Of a DNA stretch of 64,000 bases, positions 20,476-28,896 are shown piece by piece. The stretch is taken from the NCBI GenBank assembly GCA_965240465.1, contig OZ251219.1:960001-1024000 (forward strand). Direction: 5' to 3'. The translations under genes and the position numbers were made by a program. The first letter of the stretch is position 1. The number at the start of each line of letters is the position of its first letter. The notes under the pieces are model-generated. The model had not been told where the DNA came from and did no database searches. It worked only from the letters and a program-made list of their open reading frames with translations. The DNA is from a bacterium (lineage in GTDB: Bacteria; SAR324; JACQKK01).

Positions 20476-21258
20476 TTAATTTATCAAGGTTTTAGGCTCG
20501 GGGTCGGAGGTTGCCTGCCCCATTTTCATCAATGAGATAAGCTTTTCTAAGCGGGCTTTGATTGAAGGAGCCTCCAGTAGTCCCTGTTTCTCTGAGGGAT
20601 GGAAGGGCAATGACATGCTTAATCCGTTCACAATTATAGCTGGGGGTAGCTGGTCAAGCTGGTCAAATTGCATTTGCAGATTGTTCCATTCTGCAAATTC
20701 CTCCAGCTCTTTTAGGAGCTGCTTCAAATCCAGTTTGGCTTCCAATTCATAGCCATCTTGCATAAAAGAAGAAAAATTAACTTGCAAACGACGATAACCA
20801 TCCTTAGGAGGAATTTCCTTACTCACCGCAAAACGCCTTAATCCTTGTAAGGCTACTAAGTAATGTCCCTCTTTGGTTTCCTTTTTCTCGGCGATCCAGC
20901 CCAAACAGCCCACCCGATACAAAGGTTGCTCCAATGCTGTTGAATTTTCTTCCTCAATTGCAGTATCTCCCTCTTCTTCAAACATGTGAGAAATACCTCC
21001 TGGTTTTTCCTTTTCTCCTATTTTTCCTACCCCATGCAATGGCTGAATAACTCCAATGTAACCATCACCCTTGAGGGCATCACCGACCATATTGCAATAA
21101 CGATGCTCAAAAAAATGAAGCGGCAACCACATACCAGGCAACAAAAGTAGTCCGTTCAAGGGAAATACTGGAATCTCCTGAGGTAAATGTGTTTTGCTCA
21201 CATCTTCTTTATTTGCTTCCATATTAATAATTTTTGTCTTCCTATCCATTACAATCAA
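20476..21258 (-). CDS. LON peptidase substrate-binding (N-terminal) domain protein
   Basis: IPVFPL...LLPG...LPLHFFEHRY, VGCLG and EKQGLLEA. No AAA+ or protease domain. Confidence 0.8.
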   Translation of the reverse strand: MIVMDRKTKIINMEANKEDVSKTHLPQEIPVFPLNGLLLLPGMWLPLHFFEHRYCNMVGDALKGDGYIGVIQPLHGVGKIGEKEKPGGISHMFEEEGDTAIEEENSTALEQPLYRVGCLGWIAEKKETKEGHYLVALQGLRRFAVSKEIPPKDGYRRLQVNFSSFMQDGYELEAKLDLKQLLKELEEFAEWNNLQMQFDQLDQLPPAIIVNGLSMSLPFHPSEKQGLLEAPSIKARLEKLISLMKMGQATSDPEPKTLIN

Positions 21259-21461
21259 CCTTGTCGCTTGTCACAAACCCAACTTACAAATAACCAGCCC
21301 TGCCGAGATTCAATTGGTCACGCCTAGAACCTCCACACCCCTGCTACCATTCTATCCAAATAACAAGAGTATGTCCAACCTAATTTATTGATCACATAGC
21401 TGTGATCATTAGTGCCTGATCTCTCATAAAGGATGCCATTAGACAATTCCCTGGTAATTTC

Positions 21462-21917
21462 TTATACTGCCAGCGTAAGTTCTACTTCTACCGCGGCATT
21501 GAGAGGTAAAGATGAACACCCTACTGCAGCTCTGGCATGGCGACCTTGATCACCCAATAAGGCAACTAGCAGATCAGAAGCACCATTGATAACCTTAGGA
21601 TGATCAGCAAAGCCTACCCCCGCATTGACAAATCCTCCTACTCGCAACACACGGTTAATCTTTCCTAAATCTCCTAAATAGGCTTGTGCTTGTGCCAGAC
21701 AATTCAATACACATAAACGTGCGGCTAGGATTCCTTCTTCCAAGCTTAACTGTACTCCTAGCTGTCCTTGAAAGCGAAGACCAGTCTCATCGGTAGGGAG
21801 CTGACCTGAAATCAGTAGCAAGTCACCATGTTGCACACAAGGTAGATAATTAGCCACTGGCGGTTTGACCTCTGGCAATGTTAAGCCTTGTTCTTTTAAT
21901 TTTGCTTCAATACTCAT
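21462..21917 (-). CDS. RidA/YjgF family protein
   Basis: PVANYLP, SGQLP, NGASDL, GRHARAAVG and LPLNAAVEVE. Confidence 0.9.
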   Translation of the reverse strand: MSIEAKLKEQGLTLPEVKPPVANYLPCVQHGDLLLISGQLPTDETGLRFQGQLGVQLSLEEGILAARLCVLNCLAQAQAYLGDLGKINRVLRVGGFVNAGVGFADHPKVINGASDLLVALLGDQGRHARAAVGCSSLPLNAAVEVELTLAV

Positions 21918-21996
21918 TATTTTTTCTTTAACTATGAATAAAAAATCGCCTTATAATATCTCTAAGACACCACAACGGATATGATACTCTGAGTAT

Positions 21997-22602
21997 ATGG
22001 CCATGCAAGTATTTTTGGACGTAGATGGGGTTCTGCTAGATCTTGAGGCCTCATTTGTACGCTTTTTGAATCAACATCAGGGATTCAACCTTCCCGAAGG
22101 ATATCGGGCTCGCACCTTTGATTTTGCTGAACTCACCCCCGCCCATAAAGTAGAAGCCAGTTGGAAAGCTTTTACTACCTCAGAAGACAGTGCTCAGATG
22201 CCCCCCTTGGTGCGATCAGATCACTTTAACGAGCAAACAATCGGCTGCTCAGTGCATTTGTTAACCAATTTTCCGGTCCCCCAAATGCATCATCGCTGGG
22301 CTAATTTAAGATTGCAGGGATTTTGCTATCAAGGGCTTCACTATTGCGGTTTGAAAAGTCACGAAACAGCCATCGCTCAGCCCAAATCTGCCATCATCAA
22401 GCAACTTCTCCAACCTGGGCAGGTAGCCATTTTTGTGGATGATGTCCCAGAAAACTGCTTAGATGTCGTTCAGTATTGCCCAGAAGTTGAGGTGTGGCTG
22501 ATGACCCATCCCTTTAATAAGACCTTCCACCACCAAGATGTACGCCGTGCTCTTGATTGGTCAATCTTGTTTCATCGTCTGCAACAACTACGGAAAAAAT
22601 AA
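21997..22602 (+). CDS. HAD-superfamily hydrolase-like protein
   Basis: Motif I FLDVDGVLLD and motif IV FVDD. Confidence 0.65.
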   Translation: MAMQVFLDVDGVLLDLEASFVRFLNQHQGFNLPEGYRARTFDFAELTPAHKVEASWKAFTTSEDSAQMPPLVRSDHFNEQTIGCSVHLLTNFPVPQMHHRWANLRLQGFCYQGLHYCGLKSHETAIAQPKSAIIKQLLQPGQVAIFVDDVPENCLDVVQYCPEVEVWLMTHPFNKTFHHQDVRRALDWSILFHRLQQLRKK

Positions 22603-22641
22603 GTCGTGCCAGCACGGTTTTCTCAGCTTAAATGCTCGGCC

Positions 22642-23433
22642 TCAAGATTTTTCAGGGGTGGCATCTGGAGTAGCAGACGAGGTAGCAGCAGGTGGGGTGG
22701 CAGCAGATTTGGGGTCAATTGCGGTAGGTTCTACCTTCTGTTCAGTTCCTGATGACACTGGGGATGGCTGAGCAACAGGTGCCTTATTTTCCTCAGGTGC
22801 AGAAGAAGGGACATTCAGGGTGTATTTGCTAACCTCCACCAGACCTCCATTGGGCCCAGGTACCGCCCCCCTTAGCAAGAGCAGATTTTTTTCTGGGCTT
22901 ACTTGCTCCACCCGCAAATTGTGCACGCTGACCCGCTCATGCCCCATATGACCAGGCATGCTCTTCCCCTTGAAAACCCGACCAGGATCAGTGTGACACC
23001 CGATAGACCCGGGCGTCCGATGAAATTGAGAACCATGAGAAGCCGGTCCACCAGAGAATCCATGTCGCTTTATTACCCCCTGAAAGCCTTTTCCCTTGGA
23101 GATGCCAGATATACGCACTTTTTCCCCCTCGGAAAAGGCTCGCACATCCCACTGCTGACCAGGACGGACCTGGGAGACATCAGCCACCGTAAATTCTTTC
23201 AAGTGTTTCATCGGAGTAAGCTCCTTGAAATGTCCCTTGGTAGGCTTGTTAGCTTGCTTGGGCTTAGCAAATGGCTGATAACCAACCTGAACGGCATCGT
23301 AACCATCCTTTTTCAAAGTTTTAACTTGCACTGCCACCACAGGACCCACCTCCAGCACGGTCACAGGCACACAGCGACCGTCCTCACGAAAGAGCCGCGT
23401 CATTCCTATTTTGCGTCCTAATAAGCCCTTCAT
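22642..23433 (-). CDS. rplC: 50S ribosomal protein L3 with Ala/Pro/Thr-rich C-terminal tail
   Basis: GRKIGMT, DGYDAVQVG, GKGFQGVIKRHGF, GKSMPGHMG and GAVPG. Confidence 0.97.
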   Translation of the reverse strand: MKGLLGRKIGMTRLFREDGRCVPVTVLEVGPVVAVQVKTLKKDGYDAVQVGYQPFAKPKQANKPTKGHFKELTPMKHLKEFTVADVSQVRPGQQWDVRAFSEGEKVRISGISKGKGFQGVIKRHGFSGGPASHGSQFHRTPGSIGCHTDPGRVFKGKSMPGHMGHERVSVHNLRVEQVSPEKNLLLLRGAVPGPNGGLVEVSKYTLNVPSSAPEENKAPVAQPSPVSSGTEQKVEPTAIDPKSAATPPAATSSATPDATPEKS

Positions 23434-23473
23434 TGTAGTGAATCTTTCCTTAAAATATAAACCAGACCAGCAA

Positions 23474-23749
23474 CTATTTCCTCACCGCTACCAATTGCTT
23501 GAGTGCAATGCTTAAGCGAGATTTATAACGACCAGCAGTTTGCTTCTTCAGTACCCCTTTGGAAACCGATTTATCAATCATCTTTTGGGTAAGAGGGTAT
23601 GCAGCCTGTGCTTTTTCGGTCTCTTTTCCCGTCAGCAGGCTACGAAAATTAGTAATGCAACTACGTAAGGTAGAACGTAAATGACGATTACGCTTATTAC
23701 GGCGTTCAGTCTGACGAATACGCTTTAATGCCGATTTGTGTTGTGCCAT
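23474..23749 (-). CDS. rpsT: 30S ribosomal protein S20
   Basis: HKSALKRIRQ...RN and IDKSVSKGV...AGRYKSRL. Confidence 0.95.
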   Translation of the reverse strand: MAQHKSALKRIRQTERRNKRNRHLRSTLRSCITNFRSLLTGKETEKAQAAYPLTQKMIDKSVSKGVLKKQTAGRYKSRLSIALKQLVAVRK

Positions 23750-23991
23750 AAATTACAATCGCAAACGATAAACACTCTTCCCAAAACAAAAAGCCAGACC
23801 CAAGCACATAGACTAAGCCAAGCCAAACCCTCATTAGCTGATAAGCATGCCATGTTAATAACTGATTGTGCAATATTTTTAGAGGGAAACCATCGCAAAG
23901 GTACTAGAAGTTTATCACCCTAAGTTATGCCAGCACCAAAATCTCACCGCATGTGACTACTCTGGTATCGGCAGATCCAATTCCGCGAGTT

Positions 23992-24927
23992 TTATTCAGG
24001 CATCAGTTCGGTTTTATCAATCCAGTTGGGGCTTGATTTTACTTGCAGCTCTAAGTGTACCCGGCAGCCAAGATGTTTTTGCAGAGCTAGTCGGGCAGAT
24101 TTGCCTATTTTTGCGATCATTCTTCCTTTATGTCCTATCAGGATGGCTTTCTGTGAATCCCGTCTGGTGTAAATCTTGGCAGAGATCCACATCAATGAAC
24201 CTCTTTTCTCCCAGTGTTCTATCTGCACCGTTGTTTCATGAGGTAGCTCTTGGCTCACAAATCTTAGCAATTGTTCGCGTATCAGCTCTCCCAGCTGGAC
24301 ATGATCCGATTGAGAAATAACTTGCTCCTCAGGAAACCATCGCGGACCCACCGGCAAACAGGATACCAACTCTTTTTTTAACTCCTCCACCCCCTCCCCT
24401 GTGAGTGCAGATACCAAAAAAATCCGCTTTACAAATAGCAACAACTCTAATTCCTGTCGGCATTGCCTTAAATTCTCAGCACTAGCGGCGTCTATTTTAT
24501 TTATCACTCCCCAAACTACCCCCCCCCCAGTACGCAGGAGGTTCTCTATTGCTCGCTGTTCCTTTCCCGCAACTCTTAGGGGATCCGCCACCAAAAGATG
24601 ATGCTCCGTCCCGCAAGCTGCTTGCTGTCTCTCCCTGCTCATAAACATCTCCAGCCGATTACGGGACTCTAGTCGCATCCCCGGGGTATCCGTCAAAACC
24701 AACTGATAACCCTCCCCATTGCAAATACCCCACCGCCTTCTCCTAGTGGTGTGAGGATGTCGAGATACAATGGCTACTTTCTCTCCCACCAAACGATTGC
24801 ATAAACTAGACTTGCCAACATTAGGACGACCCAATACGGATACTATCCCAGAACAAAATTCCTTTTCTTGAGATTCTGAATTCTGCTTATCGCTTGAAAC
24901 TGACTGCTTAAAGGGTGCTTCTGACAT
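23992..24927 (-). CDS. era: GTPase Era
   Basis: GRPNVGKS, DTPG, NKID and a KH domain (SQKAILIG). Probable ATG at 24927. Confidence 0.93.
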   Translation of the reverse strand: MSEAPFKQSVSSDKQNSESQEKEFCSGIVSVLGRPNVGKSSLCNRLVGEKVAIVSRHPHTTRRRRWGICNGEGYQLVLTDTPGMRLESRNRLEMFMSRERQQAACGTEHHLLVADPLRVAGKEQRAIENLLRTGGGVVWGVINKIDAASAENLRQCRQELELLLFVKRIFLVSALTGEGVEELKKELVSCLPVGPRWFPEEQVISQSDHVQLGELIREQLLRFVSQELPHETTVQIEHWEKRGSLMWISAKIYTRRDSQKAILIGHKGRMIAKIGKSARLALQKHLGCRVHLELQVKSSPNWIDKTELMPE

Positions 24928-25005
24928 TGTCTCACTGGGCGATTGTCTCACTGGGCGATTGTCTCACTGGGCAATTGTCTCATTTGGCAATTGTCTTATT
25001 GGGTA
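24926..25005. repeat. 16-bp tandem repeat (ATTGTCTCACTGGGCR), 5 progressively degenerate copies at the era start
   Basis: Units start at 24926, 24942, 24958, 24974 and 24990. Confidence 0.85.
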
Positions 25006-25224
25006 GCCCTTGACATCCTGAGGCGTATCTTTATTATCCATTTGGCAATGCCTTCAAAGATAGTCTAACATGACCTACTAAGCTATCGCATAGGGTGCAT
25101 GCCTTGAAAAATAATAAAGCCAGCCGAGCTGTTTAGGTATCCTGATCTCAAGAGCTAAATTGCCTCCTGCGGTTGAAAATTGTAGGATGGGGCAGGGGGG
25201 GGGGTTGGTTTAGTTGCTTGGTCA

Positions 25225-25367
25225 ATGGTGCTGAGATGGTGCTGAGATGGTGCTGAGATGGTGCTGAGATGGTGCTGAGATGGTGCTGAGATGGTGCTGA
25301 GATGGTGCTGAGATGGTGCTGAGATGGTGCTGAGATGGTGCTGAGATGGTGCTGAGATGGTGCTGAG
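25225..25367 (+). repeat. 11-bp tandem repeat ATGGTGCTGAG x13, plus degenerate copies to about 25413, upstream of selA
   Basis: Read directly from the sequence. Preceded by a G tract near 25190-25205. Confidence 0.95.
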
Positions 25368-25441
25368 ATAGTACTTAGATGGTATGAGATAGCACTGAGA
25401 TAACACTGAAATGCTCTCCATGAATAAGCCTAGGGCTACCA

Positions 25442-26944
25442 ATGGTTACTGCAATTAAGAGAGGCACAAGCAAAGCTGGCACAAGCTGCGATCAATCATT
25501 AGAAAGTCAGGTTAAGCTCTCGCCTTCTATGCTAGCGGTGTTGCCTTCGGTGCGGGAAGCGGAAGCGTATTTGGTTCAGCAAATTGGTGGGGAATCTGAG
25601 CAGATCAAGAGAATTCGTCCGCAGCTTGAGGTTGCCTTAGGGCAGTTAAGAGGTTCTCTGAGGCAAGATAAAGCGGTGGTTATTTCACGTCAGCAGATTT
25701 TGGAACAGCTGGCTTATAAGTTATCGTCGTCGCTGAGTGGACTGCGGGAGGTTATTAATGCTAGTGGAGTGGTGTTACACACCAATTTGGGTAGGGCTCC
25801 CTTGGGGAGTGAGTTATTTAGGCGTACTTTGGCGTGCTTATCGGGGGCTGTCAATTTGGAATATGACCTGCTGAAAGGCGAGCGTGGTTTTCGGGCTACG
25901 GGAGTGGAAGTTTTGCTAAGCCAGCTGGCTGGGGCTGAAGATGGGCTGGTATCTAATAACAATGCGGCGGCGGTTTTGCTCCTGCTGACTGCTTTAGCCT
26001 CTCAGGCTGAGGTGATAGTATCGCGAGGAGAGTTGGTGGAAATCGGGGGAGGGTTTCGGGTGCCTGAAATCATGCAGCAATCGGGGGTGAAGTTGGTGGA
26101 GGTAGGCACTACCAACCGTACTTGTCTAGGCGATTATGCCCAAGCGATTACTTCTCGTACTGTGGCATTACTGAAGGTGCATCGTTCTAATTTCACCATG
26201 GGCGGATTTGTGGAGGAAGTTCCCTTATCAGAGTTGGCTCGGCTGGCGAGTAAGCAGCGGGTTTCTTTGTGGTGCGATCAGGGCAGTGCCAGTTTTTACC
26301 GTTTTCGGCAGCCAGAGCTTAAGAAAATGGAAACCCCAATGGAGCTGCTGAAAATGGGAGTACAAGTACTCACCTTCAGTGCTGATAAATTGTTGGGTTC
26401 GGTGCAGGCGGGCTTGGTGGTAGGTGATAAAAAAAGCATTGCTCGGATGCGGGCACATCCGTTGTTTCGCAGTTTGCGTTGCGACAAGGTCAGGTTGGCA
26501 CTACTGGAGCAAACCCTGTTGGATAGCTTGTCCCCCAAGACCTTTCCCGAGAAAAATCCGACCACTGCTTTTTTGGAACGCACCCCAGATGAGCTACATT
26601 CCTTGGCAAAAGCCTTGTTGAACTTGCTAGGTCAGCTTGAGAAAAAAGGCTTACACTGCCAATTGCTCCAGACAGAAAGCTTGGTGGGAGCTGGTGCTGC
26701 CCCGGACATAAAACTTCCCAGTTTGGCGTTATCCCTAGTACTGAAAAACATGTCGGCAGATAAGCTCACGCAACGACTCCGCACTGCTCGGGTGCCGATC
26801 ATTGCTCGTCAGCAAAAAGGACAAGTATGGCTGGATATGCGTACTCTATCTGAGGCTCAATTACCCATCATCGCGGAAACCTTGACCAAGATCACCATGG
26901 ATTTTGCTCAATCCTTGACACCACCAGCAAAACTAAGCGACTAA
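25442..26944 (+). CDS. selA: L-seryl-tRNA(Sec) selenium transferase
   Basis: VINASGVVLHTNLGRAP, SRGELVEIGGGFR, EVGTTNRT, LKVHRSNF and FSADKLLG. Confidence 0.95.
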   Translation: MVTAIKRGTSKAGTSCDQSLESQVKLSPSMLAVLPSVREAEAYLVQQIGGESEQIKRIRPQLEVALGQLRGSLRQDKAVVISRQQILEQLAYKLSSSLSGLREVINASGVVLHTNLGRAPLGSELFRRTLACLSGAVNLEYDLLKGERGFRATGVEVLLSQLAGAEDGLVSNNNAAAVLLLLTALASQAEVIVSRGELVEIGGGFRVPEIMQQSGVKLVEVGTTNRTCLGDYAQAITSRTVALLKVHRSNFTMGGFVEEVPLSELARLASKQRVSLWCDQGSASFYRFRQPELKKMETPMELLKMGVQVLTFSADKLLGSVQAGLVVGDKKSIARMRAHPLFRSLRCDKVRLALLEQTLLDSLSPKTFPEKNPTTAFLERTPDELHSLAKALLNLLGQLEKKGLHCQLLQTESLVGAGAAPDIKLPSLALSLVLKNMSADKLTQRLRTARVPIIARQQKGQVWLDMRTLSEAQLPIIAETLTKITMDFAQSLTPPAKLSD

Positions 26945-27960
26945 GATAACTCCTCCAGTAATTCCCAATAGTGCTTTAGTCGCCAATTTTCCAGATCGCC
27001 TTTTTCAGTAGCCTCACGCACCGCACAATTAGGCTCACCGCGATGCCAACAATCCTGAAAAGAGCACTGCCCCGCAAACTCACAAATCCCCGGATAGCAA
27101 AGCCTTAAATCAGCTGCCTTGATATCCTGATGTATAAATTCACGCATTCCGGGAGAATCAATTAAAAAGCCTCCTCCCTCCCGCAAGGGCAACAACTGAG
27201 ATGCACTGGTGGTATGACGACCACGTCCTCCAGATCCTACTTCTCCTACCCGACGCCGAACTCCACATAAAGCATTGCTAAGACTAGTCTTACCCGCTCC
27301 AGAAGGTCCCACTAAAATTGTGCAGCCTCCTTGTAGTAGCCTAGCTAATTCTGGCACTCCTTCTTCCTGTGTTATGACCGCTCTTAAAACTTGAAGCCCT
27401 AGTCGCCGATAAGGATTTGCTAATTCGTCAAATATACCTTGGGGGGTCAAATCTAATTTAGTCACGCATAACAAAGTTTGTAAATTTGCATGTCTGGCAG
27501 CAAGCCATAACCGGTCCACCAAGCGAGTAGAAAAAATCGGTGATGTAGCTGCGGCTACTATCAATACCCTCTCTATATTTGCTGCCAGCAATTGCGATTC
27601 AACTCGTCCATGATGACCCCCATGCTTAACCTTACCAACCCGACGGTGTAATTCACTTTTGCGAGGTAGCAGCTCTCTGACCAAACCTTTTTTACCCTCC
27701 CAAACCTCAAATTTGACTCGGTCTCCAACCACCAAAGTTTGTTTATTTAGGCCTCTTATTTTATCCCTATCACGCAGTCTGCCAACCAAGCGGCAAGTGT
27801 ACTCCTGATCGCTGTGCCATACCTTACACAATTCACCGTAACTGGATGATATCCATCCATCCCTTAGTTCCTTTTCGGCATGTTCTGCCAACTTCTCCTC
27901 CCCTTTTTTGGGATTATTCTCCATGCTACTCTGTCCAACAAAAATGTTCTTATCCACCAT
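26941..27960 (-). CDS. rsgA: Ribosome small subunit-dependent GTPase A
   Basis: Circularly permuted GTPase (TKLD, GPSGAGKT, GRHTT, DSPG) and Zn motif CSFQDCWHRGEPNC. Confidence 0.93.
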   Translation of the reverse strand: MVDKNIFVGQSSMENNPKKGEEKLAEHAEKELRDGWISSSYGELCKVWHSDQEYTCRLVGRLRDRDKIRGLNKQTLVVGDRVKFEVWEGKKGLVRELLPRKSELHRRVGKVKHGGHHGRVESQLLAANIERVLIVAAATSPIFSTRLVDRLWLAARHANLQTLLCVTKLDLTPQGIFDELANPYRRLGLQVLRAVITQEEGVPELARLLQGGCTILVGPSGAGKTSLSNALCGVRRRVGEVGSGGRGRHTTSASQLLPLREGGGFLIDSPGMREFIHQDIKAADLRLCYPGICEFAGQCSFQDCWHRGEPNCAVREATEKGDLENWRLKHYWELLEELS

Positions 27961-28400
27961 GTGTCATTAGCACATTTCTTAATCGCTAGTCACTATAACC
28001 CTATATCTTACTGAAAAAATGATAAGATATATTCGCTCAATATATGCTAATTTAGATTAGTAAATAATCCTACACTAATGATAATAATGATAAGTTATAA
28101 CATTCATGAAATGAAGAACTATGCCCGCCTATGTTCTGCTTAAGGGGTGTTTTTGTTCCCTGCTGTAATTATAAGATTATTCATTTTATTCCTTGTATAT
28201 CAATAATTTATAAGATGGGTATCCTGTAAATCCGCTTTCCTAGCCGATCTGTATTTTTCTGCAAGTGGGAACAAAACATAGCCAAAAAATGAAAATCTCT
28301 TTAAGAACAAACGATAAGATATTTTTTATAAAAAACATCAAAATATGACTTGAAAATAAGAATATAATAGTGGCAGACTAAGTGCGATTGGATGTTACCT
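27961..28400. other. AT-rich intergenic tract with four copies of ATAAGAT
   Basis: ATAAGAT at 28022, 28171, 28210 and 28314; variant ATAAGTT at 28090. Confidence 0.6.
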
Positions 28401-28420
28401 AAGGGCAGGGGTAGTAGGGG

Positions 28421-28666
28421 ATGATAGGAGGGGGGATGATAGGAGGGGGGATGATAGGAGGGGGGATGATAGGAGGGGGGATGATAGGAGGGGGGATGGA
28501 AGGGTAGCAGGTAGGGGGGGAGATGACAGGGCGGGGGGATGATAGGAGGGGGGATGGAAGGGTAGCAGGTAGGGGGGGAGATGACAGGGCGGGGGGATGA
28601 TAGGAGGGGGGATGGAAGGGTAGCAGGTAGGGGGGGAGATGACAGGGCGGGGGGGATGATAGGAGG
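28421..28666 (+). repeat. G-rich hierarchical tandem repeat (15-bp unit x5, then 58-bp unit x3) with G-quadruplex potential
   Basis: ATGATAGGAGGGGGG x5 (28421-28495). 58-bp units start at 28496, 28554 and 28612 and contain G6-G7 runs. Confidence 0.95.
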
Positions 28667-28896
28667 CGGCAGGCAGGGAAGCCAAGCCGTCAAGATTTAG
28701 TAAGCGGATGTCGTCTGTGGAATACCAAGGAGGTAGCTCATAAGAGGAGCAAGAATGCCTGCGGCTGAAGATAGGCATCTAGGAGCGGTGGATGGGTACA
28801 TCCCCCGCGGAAAATTAGAGAGGGAGGAAGAGTAATGTGTGTTGACTGTTGGAAAATGTTTGTTAGTAGTTATTAGCCAAGTTTTTGTATTTATAG

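Noticed and set aside
24519-24528. C10 tract in era (and G8 in sdhA) as phase-variation switches
   Set aside because: In-frame Gly codons in core genes, explained by the local G bias.
25155-25442. 95-aa ORF (STISAPSQHHL repeats)
   Set aside because: Translation of the 11-bp repeat.
27951-27959. TTATCCACC as a DnaA box marking oriC
   Set aside because: A single one-mismatch box inside the rsgA start, with no box cluster and no dnaA or dnaN nearby.
28301-28778. Pro-rich minus-strand ORFs over the G-rich array
   Set aside because: By-products of the repeat.
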